NCBI GenBank assembly: GCA_004022145.1
Contig: RCNU01000001.1
Reading direction: 5' to 3' (one strand)
From: Paecilomyces variotii
Lineage: Eukaryota
DNA length: 64,000 nt
This document shows, in pieces, positions 27,341 through 41,246 of this stretch; the stretch's first letter is position 1; every line of letters begins with the position of its first letter. The position numbers and the translations under genes are program-made. The notes below the pieces were generated by a model. The model was given only the letters and a program-made list of their open reading frames with translations, did no database searches and was not told where the DNA came from.

Positions 27341-29468
27341 TCATCCTGTCTGACCATTCTTTGTAGAGCAAATCATTCCCCTGCTCCATCGGAACACACC
27401 AACATTCTCCGATCTCTCCACTCCTGGGCTGATCGCGATGACAGATCTCAATCCTGGCTGCCCGACCTCGCAGCAAGTTGTTGCTCATCCAGCATGCATC
27501 CACGGAAGCATATTCCGCCGTGCGATCAGATAATACTTAATGTTAATCCTCCAATCTGTCTGCTGCTGCTTGTTGCATTTTCCTTGATCGAACAGGCCCA
27601 AGTCCTTCTGTTTCGGGAGCTATGCACGGTGCAATGCCATCTTGTTTCCGCCTACCCAATCATCCTCCAACGTGCTCCTGTTGCTGGTCATGCCGGTCTC
27701 TCTTTCGTTCTAAACCACGTCCCGCTTGCAGCGTCCTCGCGGATCTAGAAACACGCATGGTCTGAAGCTAACCGAGTCAGCTATGTGTTACCATCCGCCT
27801 CTGATGATCGAAACGACGAACCGGCTTCCAGACTACTCAAGGAAAAAAAATGGATTGGCTCCCCTGATCGCCAGGGAGAGCGATCCCGACAGTCCCGGGA
27901 GACAGGTAAACAAATGAGAATCAAAACATCACCGCCATGACGTTCACTAGTATCACATAGACTAGCATGTCTTCGCTCAGCGCTGCAAATACGTGTCACC
28001 GCCCAGGCCCGCATGTCCCCATGGTCCCCACGAGAAGTCCTTTCCAGACAGTTACTACTGACTCATCGAAAATATATCCTCATCGAAGATGTTGGACGGA
28101 TGCTTATGCAGAACATATCTAAAGAAAACTCGCCCAGATAAGAAGCAAGGCGCCCTGCATGTCGAACACAACTGCATACCAGATCTTTCCTATGCTCGGC
28201 TCGTCGGGGATTTTGAACCCACAGGTTGGCAATCATTCTCCGTTGAGACCCATTCTCGGCTCTGTATCTTGGATCCTACTCCACAGAGCTTGTTGGGAAG
28301 GTCACCGCTCATTACCGACAGCAGTAGTGCAATAATAATTCTAGTCAGATACTGTCGGGTCTACAATAATGGTGATACTACACCCCGTTGATTTCCTACT
28401 CGATTTGAAGCTGGTCAGAATTCCTCATACATAATAGAGCTTCCAGACAAAGAGATAAATGATCGTTGTTGCACTTCAAATAATTGCTAGCATATTCCGT
28501 GCCAAATGCCAATGCCTCCGCGGCACTGTGCGGATACGAGTCGCCTAGTCTGGAGCCGGTAGATGGGTCTAAGTCTAAGGGATGTTACCGTTCTCCCGGG
28601 AAATCAGTAGTCTAGTAGGCTTAGCATTCTTTTGAAGATAGCGACCCGGTAGAGGAATTATTGTCCATCAATAATAATAATAATAATAAGTAAAGGGGTT
28701 CCATTAACCGTCAAAAGTCAGATTTCTATTTCGGCCCCGAGTCTCTCTCATAATCTAGGTAACCAAGGCTGTCCGAATACTACAGCAGCAGTTTAGTTCA
28801 ATTAATATCATTGGTCCCTTGGCCAGTTACACTCATTTATCGATTGGTCTATATATGAAAAGCCACAGCATCTAGTGGCACCCGGAACGTAGTTAATACC
28901 GGCTTGTTCGATTTGATATACATGCATGCGGGAGCATCACCATGTAAACTAGTTAGAATATTCATCAGGCATAATTATTACACTGTTTATTTACTCTCAT
29001 GCTAACCGAAAGTGATTTATCTCATCTATGCTACTAGGAGGTTCAGTCTTAACCGTTGTTTCTGTACCATTTCGCATCCTGGAATATTTAAGTATAGAGT
29101 TAGTACGTTATTCACCATGAGATGCATTCGGTCACATCTACCTCGGTAGCTTATTATTGGATACTCATAGTTACCACATGATCACTGAGCGGAGGGGTCA
29201 TCGACATTCGCTTCTTATCTCGCCATCAAAGAATGCCAATATTCTCACTCCTCACTATTGGAATAACACTACTTTTTCTCTCAGTCGACTTCAAATAGTT
29301 GGTAAGTCCGATTTTGCTCCTTCGTTATCCAAAGCTGGTACCCTAAGCTAATGATTGTATCCCCACCAGCCCTGAAACCAATCTATCTGACATCTGACCT
29401 CTATCGCGGTTGCGAAACTCGAACCACACCACACATTTAAGCGATCAAGTGAAAGTATTCACAGTGCA

Positions 29469-30007
29469 ATGGGCAAGGTCGGAGAACATTGGCGAGATGT
29501 GAAGGCGCACCGAAAGAGACAGAAGAGACAGAAGCTTGAAAACCCACCGCGCCGTCGATGCTGGGATTGGATGCTGGTAATGGGTAGCTGTCACTATGCC
29601 AGAAATCGCTCGTCCTTTAAGGAATACCGTCGAGTGGGACGAAAAGTTACAACCGCCGTGATCCCCGGGGACGTCTATGTCGCTGGCGTGGGGACCGTCG
29701 AATTGATGGAGGGTCGCCAGCACATCGGCTTATATTGCATAATGTTCTGCATATTCCAAATGCTATCTGTAATGGCTTTTGCTTTGCAAAATATCATCGC
29801 CGTTTTGGCGGGTCGACGAGTTTCGCGAAAGATGGTATGCAGTCAAATGACGCCGAAGGTCATCCTCTCTGGTATGGTGAGGAGTTCCATGGGGTGGACC
29901 GGCTGGCCTTGGATGGAAACCCACAGGGAGAAACGCTTCTCTCTGATGGACCCAAGCTCCTTAGTCTCTATATTCGTCCAGAAGACCTCGAGGAGATTCT
30001 GTCCTAA
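29469..30007 (+). pseudogene. Frameshifted gene for a fungal protein resembling the Ty1/copia Pol protease-like beta-barrel domain
   Basis: One frame reads DWMLVMGSCHYARNRSSFKEYRRV...VAGVGTVEL. It continues only in the -1 frame as DGGSPAHRLILHNVLHIPNAICNGF...*. The pattern matches W.LDSG...H.....F..Y....G.G.V.L...L.NVLHVP...N. No intron bridges the shift at ~29706. Confidence 0.6.
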
Positions 30008-31233
30008 GTTTAGTACGGCGGGAAGATAGCTGATCTAATTCAAGGCACGACATGAACTGACTCCATAATGCATGCATAACCAGACAGTGTGATGTGATGA
30101 CTTATATGGGCAGTCTTCGAACGGGGTCTTTAATTCAAACCGAAGCAACTCGGGCAATACCTAATTTAATAATACGGGCGGATAAATCAGTTCTCTCTCT
30201 GGAGAGCGATAGGTATTGCTATTACACTTTTCTTTTCGCACTACATATGTACATACGTACAATAAAGATTGCAAGTTTCCTTTGTCACCTGCGGGGTTGT
30301 CAATAAATAGCTATTTGTGGCAGCAAGACCAAAATAAATACTCGACATCTAGGTACTCCATCTTCGGCCCGATTTCGTCTTTATCGCGAGTCCTGCCAGG
30401 CCATGACGCGGCATTTGACCTCGTCTTGCACAGCCACAAACCCTCTGGTGACAGATGAAGACAAAGCTCTTATTGGTGATTGTGACGAGTTTCAAGAATT
30501 GGCATTCTTTGTCCGGAACTTGTTATTGGAAGACGAGCGGCTAATTGTCTGCCAACTGTGATGAGACGCAGACCGGGCTGTGACGGGAGGGACCGCCAGA
30601 GCCAAACAGGACCATCCATCTACAGGGCTGCCGTGTCAGGTCCTCTGAGTAGTTATCTACCGGTAGCTTGGGGCGTGATCAAGGTATCATTAAGCTGTCG
30701 CAAGACAGTCTCCGGCTGATTAGTGAGATCTGAATTGGTTCTCACCTTGTCGCTCTCCTAGACCTGTCAATCTTGCAAGTTGTTTTCTGTGTCTACTCCG
30801 GCTGAATCTCTGGTTTCCTCGCGCGTCAGAAATGATATATCTACCCCTATAGATAGATGATCACGGACTTTTGGTTGTGGAGCGCTTGTTTCCCCTCCTG
30901 CATGCTTAGCGTCCGATGCGAACGCCATCTCTGAAATTTGATGTTGAGAATAAAGAACAGAACTCATTAACGGTTTGCCAATCCGCTGATCTGCAGGAAC
31001 TCCCTGGAGGTACATGGTCCTCGATGAATTCAGCATCCCGCGTTCTTATTTAGCCCTGACCTTAAGTATTGCGCTTTGCTCTGTCCATATAACGTTGCAG
31101 GCTGACGATTCATCCATCTCTGCCCCAGGCCTCGCGCCGTGTTAAGGACTCAACGGGGTGATACGGCAGCTACATCGAGGCAGAACGGCTGGCAGATGAT
31201 GGTTGACCGCATAATTTCCGAGGCGAAGTCAGC

Positions 31234-32372
31234 ATGAGGCGGAATACGCGCCTGGACACCTCCAATACGGAGCAGCCGTCTAGATATTCGTTCCTCGAGA
31301 CCCCAATGGAGATGCGCGCCCCAATTGGTATATCGGACAGGCAGAACTCACCACCTCCACCACCTGTTCCTCCTATTAATCCGAACCCAATGCAAACAGG
31401 ACAGCTGAATCCGAATCCACCAAACGAAAAAGAACACGAACAAGAGTACTTGCGACAGCTCCAGTTGCAACAGCAGCGCGCAGCCACTCCATACGATGGG
31501 CCTCCACCGCTGGAACAACATCCGGCGCATTTCGCACCGTATGCAGATGACATCGAGTCGCCAGTCGAGAGGCCAGTCGCGCCGACACAGCAACCTGAGG
31601 TCCGGCCACCGAATTCTCCAGGGCCGGTTCCGATCAAGTCAGTGCCAGTGGCCGAGCAACAGCCTCGACAAACGTCAGTTGAGCCGGATTCCAACCCTCT
31701 ACAGCAGCCTTTTTCTCCGGTGTCTCCTCTGTCTCCTCATTCTGTGACTTCCCCGGTAGGCACATTCCGGAACATAAACCATGGGCCAGCGCAGTCAGAT
31801 GATATCTATGCAACCCATCTGCCAGGCCAAATCTCGCATCCCAACCAAGAGGTCAAGGGAGGAACATGGAGCCATGGCATGTGCGACTGCTCCGATGTGG
31901 GAACCTGCTGTCTTGGGCTGTTATGTCCCTGTATTTTATACGGGAGAACGCAGTATCGCTTAGATATGAAATCAAGAAAGGAGGATCCGACAAATTTGTT
32001 AGCATATGAGAAGTGCAATGGCTCGTGCACCGTCATGGCACTTCTCTGTGGATGCCAATGTGCGTAGACTGATCCCCTGTACCTACTCTATCATCTTCTC
32101 TTTGTGTTGATCTATGTGCTGATATATTTGCTGCAGGGCTCCTTGCAACTATCCAACATAGCCGAACCCGAAAAGCATACCGCATAAAAGGTAATGTCGC
32201 TTCTGACTGTATCCGGGCGTCATGCTGTACTTGCTGTACTCTTATTCAGGACGAGCGGGAGATAAAGAAAAGAGAAGAACACCGAAGCAGAGCCGTTCGA
32301 GCAGCAAGCGCACACCTGGTTTCGCCATATACCGTACCTACACAGATGTCATACCCACCACCTCCTAGATAA
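31234..32372 (+). CDS. PLAC8 (DUF614) family cysteine-rich protein with Pro/Gln-rich N-terminus
   Basis: WSHGMCDCSDVGTCCLGLLCPCILYGRTQYRL; intron at ~32060-32135; exon 2 reads RKAYRIKGNVASDCIRASCCTCCTLIQDEREIK. Confidence 0.88.
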
Positions 32373-33031
32373 AAGTCTAGGAGAGTAGGGGTTTACCATG
32401 GAATTTTCTTTTTTTCTTTTTTTTTTTTTGCCCCCCATCACGTACTTGCCACTGCTGCAGCAGACAACATTCGTCTCATTTAGCGCTCGGATTATGTTTG
32501 TATTTATATGGTCGCTATATACCCCTCTGTCTATTCCTTCCATCGAGCTGGTTATCTCCAGCACCCCTATATCATTATTCACAAGGAAATTGGAATTCTT
32601 TGCATACTCTATCTCGACAGGACAATTGTTCTTTTGTATTATATCCATGAATACCAATGCTTCTTTAAATCTTATGGACCTGACGAGTAATCGATTCTAC
32701 AGCATACTTTTACTGTTTGTGATGGATGAAGTTGCCCGCTACCCTGGTCTATTCCACTGGCTGTTCGCTGCAGTGGCTCCTTCCTAAGGCTACCTGCGGC
32801 ATTGCAGCTCACTTTTTCACCCTTTTCACACTCCTTTGGCAAGTACATGTCTGAGCCGACTTACTTATACCTTGAAAAACATTCCCGTATAATCTCCTCT
32901 CCGACATGCAACTCGTTTCTTTAGCCTCGAGCAAGCAGGTTAGGACAATATACTTTGCAAACCCTAGTCCGGTCTTCGTATCATTTTGTGCAATATTACA
33001 GACTGAGCCTCCTCACGGCTCGAGGGCCACG

Positions 33032-33832
33032 ATGCTATTGGACCACACACCCGTGACAATGTCCTTCTTCGCGCTCTTGATACCGTGGATACTGTTTGCG
33101 TGGAACAATAAGGAGCATGGCCCTAGGGCCCTTTGGACGACCACGGATTTCCGGATACAGCGAGACAAGCCTACAATATTGACCTGGAAGCATGCCAAAA
33201 CGGAATTTTGGGACAATGTATACGTTTCAATCACACTGTTTGACTCAACTACGGGAGAACAAGTTCTTCAGGTGTTCAGTGAGTAATCCTTCTTGTGCCA
33301 ACAACCATTCAGCCTAGTCGGATCCCATAAAGAGCAGTCAATGACGCCAGAAGCAGATAACTCGGAGAATTCGTGGATCAGACAGCATGCATGGCTGCCA
33401 CCGGATTCTTTGCCTTCGGGTAGCTATGTGTTTCGAATAGATCCCAATGTTGGCAGGCCGGATTGGAGTCCGAGGGTATTCTACGATCCAGCCTTCAGTG
33501 ATCCTCCTACTACAAGGTACTTAGTGCCTCGTACGGCCGTCAGCTCTCCGGTAAGGACGACTACTTTAGACGAACGCATTATAGCCGAGGAACATCATTC
33601 AGTTTTGCATACTGTCCCATACGCCAATGCAAGGCCGGGAGCGACACCTAGCATCCCCATTGCAACGAAAGGAGTGCAGTATCCGAGTTTGGTATCTGCG
33701 GCAGCACTTGCAATGGTCACGAATGTCGACATCTCTAGCCGTCCATCTGCTTATCCTAGCAATGACGGAGACAATGTCTGTGTAGCGCGACATCCTCTGA
33801 TAAACGCGAGACCCTGCGCAAAGTATGTGTGA
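33032..33832 (+). CDS. Small putative secreted/cell-wall protein (possible KRE9/KNH1-N-like Ig fold)
   Basis: Hydrophobic N-terminus SFFALLIPWILFAW, then ILTWK...VSITLFDS; GTGAGT donor at ~33280; downstream WLPPDSLPSGSYVFRID...WSPRVF and a S/T/P-rich tail. The family assignment is tentative. Confidence 0.4.
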
Positions 33833-34790
33833 AGTGGTCGTTGTGGATCATCGGTGTCATTACCGACAAATCCAGGGCGCTACCACCGTTGCAATCGGCA
33901 GTCAACAGGGGAAGAGAACTATTCTAGGATCATATCAGTCTCGAAAGCTTGCAGAGAGGACAGTCACCTGCTGTTCAGGATACCTTAGACAAATGGTATC
34001 TGGTTAGCTTGTCAAATATTTGGAGTCACGGTTGACCGTCCCTGATCATTGATAGCGTGGAGGATATAGAATATCGGGAAGCGTCGCATGTTAAAGGGTA
34101 TGAGGTTATTGCATGTATGGCCGAAGCCATGCAGAGGCTCCAATTCCTCTGCATCATGTTCCAATGTGCGTAACAGTTCGATAGGACTTCTGCGTCTACG
34201 ATCTCTTACTACAACCTTCGATGTTGAATAAACCCACAGAGTCGTGCTCAGTAAAAGGACATTGTGTCTGACATCAAACGCATTCTAACGCACCAAGAAA
34301 GCTGTCCAATACAGGAATATCTGCTACAAAGTGCGTCTTGTGTATCTTGCAGGTTTAAAGGGGGTTGTCAGATTGGTGACCCCGTCAGACTGGAAGAGAA
34401 CATGGGGTCGTCTGGGCCGTCTTGGCTCAACCGTAAGTCGATAATCCGCAGATCTGGAGGCGGGAACATGAGTTCGGTGGCGCCGAGACACTCGAGACCT
34501 CCATCGTCGAATACCTCTCCTCTCCCTACTGTCTGCTGTATTATTATTAACTTCTTGACGTCGCCATCTAGCATATCGCGCCTCAGACTTGGCACCTTTT
34601 CAAGGCCTGGTCGAACGCCCTTCCTCCCTTCTTCCCCAGAGACCCCCGCATCCCGATCGAAAGTTCACCAGCGCGATCATGCCAGGATCCTGACAGCCGC
34701 GATACAGCATCATTCACGATTGGGACGTCTTCAAAGTGGTGGACTCATGGCTTACGGCTTCATTGAAGCCACAATCCAGAGCTTGTGACC

Positions 34791-37347
34791 ATGGCAGATG
34801 CGACCCACGTCCAACGCCGCCAGATATGGGCTCGTCCTACGCATACGAGTTCGACCTCGATCCAGCCGAGCTGTACGCCTCTTCTACTGCCCAGTAATGG
34901 TATGTTCACCTTCGTTGCGGATGGGTATAGGAGCTATAGGATGAAGGATCGAAATTGTGGTGATGCACGCATATGCTGACTCGTTTTGGTTCGACATTGC
35001 AGGAATCATACATCTGAACCGTACCTACCAAGTCACATTAACCGAAAATGTCGTCTTTCAACCGATATGCACAGGAGACTCGTCGGCAAATGAGCTGGGT
35101 AATCCGACTGCTGTGATCGACCTTCGGGATCCTTTCTACTCGTCTACTTCTCCTCAGCTATACGCGATCGGATGCGCGACCGTTGTTAGCTACCTTCTCG
35201 TCATCATTCTTTTCATTACGCCGCGGACCTTCTTTGTCGGAGGGCCTGGAGGTGGTGCCAACTTCTTGGGCCGCCATGGAATGACATACAGCTCAGGTTC
35301 CTCTGTTATCGGTATCGGCGGTCGCCCGTGGTTGCAGAAAGTGGCAGCATTGACCGTCGCCATCTCGTTGACTATCGCAACAGCGGATTCCTTCGCGGTC
35401 GCCGAACAGCAGTACGACTACGGTTATATGGATGCGCAGAGTCTGACAGATGAAGTCATCGATGGGTTGGAGATCCGCATTGTCCGGGTCATCTCGAGTA
35501 CCTTTCTCTGGCTGGCCCAGGTCCAGACTCTGATCCGACTGTTTCCGCGACACAAAGAGAAGGTTATAATCAAATGGGCCGGATTTGCGTTGATTGTGCT
35601 GGATACGATATTCAGTATCCTGAACAACTTTGTCGACAAGGGCGGCACCACGCGGCCGAGACTGTTTGACGACGCGATTCCTGCTCTCACCTATTTATTC
35701 GAACTTGCGCTGAATCTGCTCTATGCGGCGTGGGTCATCTTTTATTCTATAACAAAACATCGATTCGCATTTTTTCATCCGAAGATGCGAAACATATGCC
35801 TGGTGGCATTACTATCATTATGTGCGGTTTTCATCCCTGTTGTTTTCTTTGTTCTCGACATCTCGAAGCCGGACGTGGCCGGTTGGGGTGAGTATATGCG
35901 CTGGGTCGGAGCAGCAGCAGCAAGCGTGGTCGTTTGGGAGTGGGTGGAAAGGATAGAAGCATTGGAACGAGATGAACGGAAGGACGGAATCCTGGGGCGG
36001 GAGATCTTTGATGGAGATGAGATGCTCGAGGTGACACCTTCTGAGGAGGTCGATTGGCCTCGCAAATCGGAACCTGGGCCACACGATGGCAGGGCGACTG
36101 GAGCATCGTCTGGTTGGGGTGTTGTAAGAGGTCCGCGCCATCGTCCACTGCGGACTCGCGTTCGTCTTCCGCGCGGTCAGCGTGGCCATGTCGACGATCC
36201 TAACCAGCAGAATCCCGCTTCTGTGGGAGTCGGACGTGCTGGAGGCACTCATCCTAGCCCGCCCCCAGCAGTTCTGACGCCGGTCAGTCGCGCTGACACC
36301 ACGAGTGCTGCGAGTACGGTGTATTATGTCCGATATCATCCTGTTTCCAGTCCGTCGCCAGTTGCTACCAATGCCGCAGCGGCTCCTGGAGAAGAGGATG
36401 GACCCAGGATGGAAACGATTGTGGAGGCTCAACAGCAAGGCCCTTACATGAGCCAGCCTGCACGCAATAGTTCGACTGCTCGACCGACAACTACTCTTCC
36501 GCCGTCAGATCCACGATGGTACTCCTTGTTCAACAATTTCAAGAGACGCCGTGCCTCTCCTCCGACGGAAGTTGTTACGGCCCAAGCGGAGGAGCAAGGC
36601 GGTGTTGGTAGCAACGGTGTCCAGAACCCGGAGCAGTCAGGAGGAAGGAATGGCAGACGGGGTCTGATACCTCGCGTTGATAATCTCTTCTATCGGCTTA
36701 GAGACAGGAGTGGGCTGGACGGCCCTGGCCTTGACAACCGGCTGCCGGTCACTGTCATTCCCCCACGAGATCGAGGTCAACAGACGTGGTCTCCGAAAGG
36801 CTTTGACGACTCCAGCGTCCATGCGGAGTCCGATGATTCCGACAGTGACCAACCATCAGGTCGTCGTAACCTGCCTGTAATGGTCATTCCGTCGCGAACT
36901 CGAACTCACTCTGCTGCCCCTTGGCCTCGAGCTGCAACCGGAGAGACTGGCTATGCTGACCAGGAGCTCCGTTACGACCCGGAGACAGCGGCATTGGTTG
37001 GTGTCGAACCTGACCATGTCCGCCGCGATCCAGATTCGCAAGGAGATGCGATCTCTCGCACGACCTCTGAGCATGACACGACGTTTGGATCCGACGAACG
37101 GACTGTTGTCGCAGGTACCGGCAGCCGCAGTGAGTCACGCGCCTCAGGAAGCACGACATCTTCGGATACATCCTATTTTGTGCAGGGTCCAACAGAGCAC
37201 GCTGCGCAACGACCTATTGAGGCGTCCGCTGATAATAGCTCGGCGGCGATCTCGACGCAGGCGCCACCGCTGCATGATCCTGCTGCTAGACAGCAGGATA
37301 CGGACCTAGAGGCTGGGCTGGGCCCTAGCCCTGGACGTCTGGCATGA
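34791..37347 (+). CDS. palH: pH-response 7-TM receptor PalH/RIM21
   Basis: CTPLLLPSNG|II (intron ~34900-35002), DLRDPFYSST.PQLYA, RPWLQKVAAL, FLWLAQVQTLIRLFPRHKEK and VVWEWVERIEALERDERKDGILGREIFDGDEM, then a long disordered tail. Confidence 0.93.
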
Positions 37348-37691
37348 AATGTTATATGGCTTCGTCATCTCTCTCTTCTTCGCGACATTCAACCACTATA
37401 TTCCCTATTTAGCAAGGAGTCCCGGTGGTATTTTCTTTTTCTTTCTTTTCTTTCTTTCTTTATATATTCTATTTTATTATATTTGATTTTGCTTTTTGGG
37501 ATGTAGATAACCATTCAGGCTTCTAAAAACATGGGATGGCAGCTGGTGGGATGGAGGCATGTATCTATACATACACAGGCGTATATGGCAAGGCCGGCGG
37601 AGGCAGAAATGGGCGGGATTTATACCCTGCATAGATCAATTCACAACTTCAGTGCATTAATCCTTCGATGTATGTACTGTACTGTACAATC

Positions 37692-37716
37692 ATACATACA
37701 TACATACATACATACA
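37692..37716. repeat. (ATAC)n microsatellite
   Basis: atacatacatacatacatacataca. Confidence 0.8.
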
Positions 37717-37981
37717 TTGTCTCATCGTAGTGACAATTCTGTCTTCTGTGTCCAGACTACAAAGACAGCAGGGTCTCCTTGTTCCCATAAACCAGAAGCC
37801 TTCGTTTGGGCGGGACTTCGACTTTCCGCTGACCAGCCCGGCAACTTTGCGCTCCGCCCAAGGACAGGAATAATAACGGCTTTCGCGAGGCAGCGATCCA
37901 TCCCAGCGCACACTTCGCTTTTCATGTCTTCCATGAACCCCCATCGATGCTGCAGCGCACCCTTGCCTGCGACACTGCATC

Positions 37982-40327
37982 ATGGCGGCTGTCAACCGCA
38001 ACATGTTCGACGCCAGCGTCAGCGCGGATCCGCCGCATGCGCGGGGCGCAACGGTGATGATCCTGCCGCTGAATCTCATCGCTCAGATTATATCGCATGT
38101 ACGTCGTTGTCTGTCTGCTTTGTCGCAGACTGATGTTACGCTCTTCAGAAGACTGGCTTTCTATCGAATGTCTCTAGCTATACGCTTCAAACCCCGCTAA
38201 CAGGAGCTCTCACAGTTGGATAACCCAGCGGACCTCGCTCGCGTTTGTCGGACATGTCGGGTGCTCAATTACATGGCCTTGCCTCAGCTCTACAGGAACT
38301 TGACGCTGACCTCGTACGATAAAATTCGCTATCGGGATGAACAACCGGAAGGATGGGGAGGTGCGAGTCCCTTCTCAATGGGATTGAATGCAGTAGTGAC
38401 GAGGCCTCATGCGGAACTCGTGCGATCGATGACACTGCGGGGAGAATGGAGGGAGCTCGAGCTGCAAGAACATGCGCGCGTGGGCAGGGTGCCGGATTCT
38501 TCGATGATGCTCAATATCGCGGTGCGGGCAGCAATCGATCGTATGGCTGAGCTGGAGAGTTTCAGGTAATCATGTATTCCTGTCACACGGGGTTCTTCTG
38601 TCGCTGACTTGGGCGGTTGTACTCGCGATTGAAGCTGGGAACTGAATACGAAACTGCTTGAGACGGTATACCAAGGCCTTGCACAGCGACCCAAGCTCAC
38701 ATCACTCACGATCCGCTTTCCTTCGAGTCGCCATCCGCGGCCCACGACGGTCATTCCGCCCATGCCCCATCTCCGGTCTCTGAAGGTAACGGATATCGAC
38801 CCTCTCTGCTACCCAGACGATCTGTCGACGCTTCTTCTACGCAGTAGAAAGTTGGAGGAACTCAAGATGCACTGGTCACCTCGCATGCGGGAAGCTCAAG
38901 AACCCAGCGTCATGCTTCATGATTATTTTCGGAAATGTATCGCTGCCAAATCACCGCTCAAGGTGAAAAGACTCGCTCTACAGAACCTATACGCCCTCCA
39001 CACGGAAGAGTTCCGCACCGCGTTTGATCAGAACGCGGTGGAGGAGATTACTGTACTGAATAGTCCCGGAGTCGACATTCATACGAACTCGTTTGTGGAC
39101 AATTCTTGGACGTCACGTCCTCCTGACGAGAATTTCAGCCTTAAATCTCTGCGTCACGATCACATATCTAGGAATGACTGTGAGTTTCTGGCGAAATGTT
39201 CCGGGCTGGAGAGATTATACTTTGTGAACGCCATCCGCGGTCCATCAGACTACATCAATACCCCGAGACCGTCGGCTGGCTCAGCGAGCGCAATGACACC
39301 TCCTACGTTGGAAAATGCGCCCTCGTCCCCGAATGGTGCGACCGGGACAGCTGCAGGGTCAACTGACTCTCCACATCCGCAAAGCCCTCCCAATCCGCAG
39401 CATCTCGTCAGGCATCTCTATCTCAACAATGTCACCACATATCATGGTTCTACACTACGCCACCTCCTGCTTTCTTCACGGTGGCCTCTCTCCTCGAACG
39501 CCATTGCCCGTGTTGTCCGCAGCTGTCCTAATCTGACTCAACTTGCATTCGCTCCTGAATCCTCCAGTCTTGATGTCTTGGCTATCCTCATCCCCTTCTT
39601 GCAGAATCTCCTTGCTCTACGACTCCTAATCCCTACCGACGCTCCACCTAGATCTGCTGCAGGAGGTCTGCCAGGACATGCTCCCAACGGTGGTTCCAGT
39701 AACAGCAAGCGGTCAGCCCCCTTTCAGACGCTAGCTGACATCGTGGAGATGGATGACGCGGTACATATAGAAATGATGTCTTCTGTATTTACGGATCAAG
39801 AGATGAACGGAAAGCTGAAGGTTATCGGCATTGGCTGGAAGGCATTTGAACTCGGTGGCTTTTACACGGTCCCAGCGGCGAGCGTGCAGGATGTTTCGAG
39901 GTTGTACCCAGCATCAGTGAGCGGTGCAGCATCTCTAGGTCAACAACGAATTATTCCCGTCGACAGCCCCGGCCAGCCTGGCATTTCCCCAACTTCTGCA
40001 ACGAGACCTGACCGCGAAGCTGTTACGGTTCCCTCAACCGCAACGCCTTTCCCAGACTCCCCTGTAACACGTCCTGCGAACTCGACAGTTCCATCACCGA
40101 AATCCTCTCTGGGGAAGCATCCGCGGAGTGCAGATAGCCTCTCTCTTCTACCTGACCAGAAACGCCCGTCAGTACACGACAGTGCCATTTCTTGTGGAAA
40201 CCCCATTTCTAGCAGCGTGACAGGACCTGAAGGCCAAAAGCTCATATGGCGTCGTCGCGTTCGCCGTGTGGGATGGGAAGTTCTGCGAAATTGGGAGATC
40301 TGGTCTTTGGATGTACAGGAGATGTGA
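37982..40327 (+). CDS. F-box-like / leucine-rich-repeat-like protein
   Basis: N-terminal F-box pattern LPLNLIAQIISH|LDNPADLARVCRTCRVLNYMALPQLY; exons at ~37982-38098, 38216-38565 and 38634-40327; LRR-like segments (LRSLKVTDI, LEELKMHW, LRHLLL, CPNLTQLAF). Confidence 0.8.
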
Positions 40328-41246
40328 ACTTACCCGAGCCACAGAACCTGTCGGAAGCTTCGAAAGGGGGGGGTTCAACTTGTACCATATCTTATGCAAC
40401 ATATATCATCTTTCTCCCCTCATGACGGTCAAATAAAGGGGGTTACCAATACAGGATTCTTCGAGGCCGTTAGACCGCGGAGCATGGTGGAGGTGTCTGG
40501 AGTTCTCAGCAAGAAAGCCGTGGTTGATTTATTTATCCTTTGTCTATATCTCATTTGTTCGATTCTTATCAAGACCGGTTTACTGTTCGTCTATGCTTCT
40601 TGTCTTTTACAGACTAAACTGTGTCCAAATTCGTATGTTTACTGCATCTATGGCGTGGCTATGTACATACGTACTTTGACCCTTCGGAAGCGTTGTAATA
40701 TGTAACATATACATTAGAAGAACATATCATCTCCTTGATATAACGAGACTTGATGTATTATGGACCAAACGGAAAGTATCAATTTAATATGGAGTGAAGC
40801 TCGCTGAGCTTGAATTCTCTAGCAACTGGCTCAGCATAATTATCTCTGTGGGTGGAGCTCGAAAGGCGTGGGAGAATTCCGACAAGAGAGAGGCGTGCAT
40901 GTAGGCAGGCTCCGACATTCATTCCTGGAGTGAAGAGGGACTTTATGTTGGTATAGCAGGTTCGGTGAATAAAGAAGCTGTAAAGGTTATCAACAATAGC
41001 AGTTCCGTCAGTCCTCTTTCTTCTTCTTCTCTATCACTATTGCTACTATAATAGAATATCTCCAACAACAAAGATGCGATATCTAGAGCATAGTTATAGT
41101 TACCTACTATACGATTCGTTAGCCATCTTTTTTCTCGTCCGCGCTATATATAATCCCTCTTTTTACCTCACTTTCAGATCTCGCTATTAGGCCACTATCA
41201 TCCTCTTGAGGATAGTTTCTTCCTTTTTAAATAAACAGTATAAATT

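Noticed and set aside
32349..32787. Overlapping 102-aa (-) and 129-aa (+) ORFs after the PLAC8 gene
   Set aside because: No recognisable domain or coherent exon structure; both run through a T/A tract of the 3' UTR.
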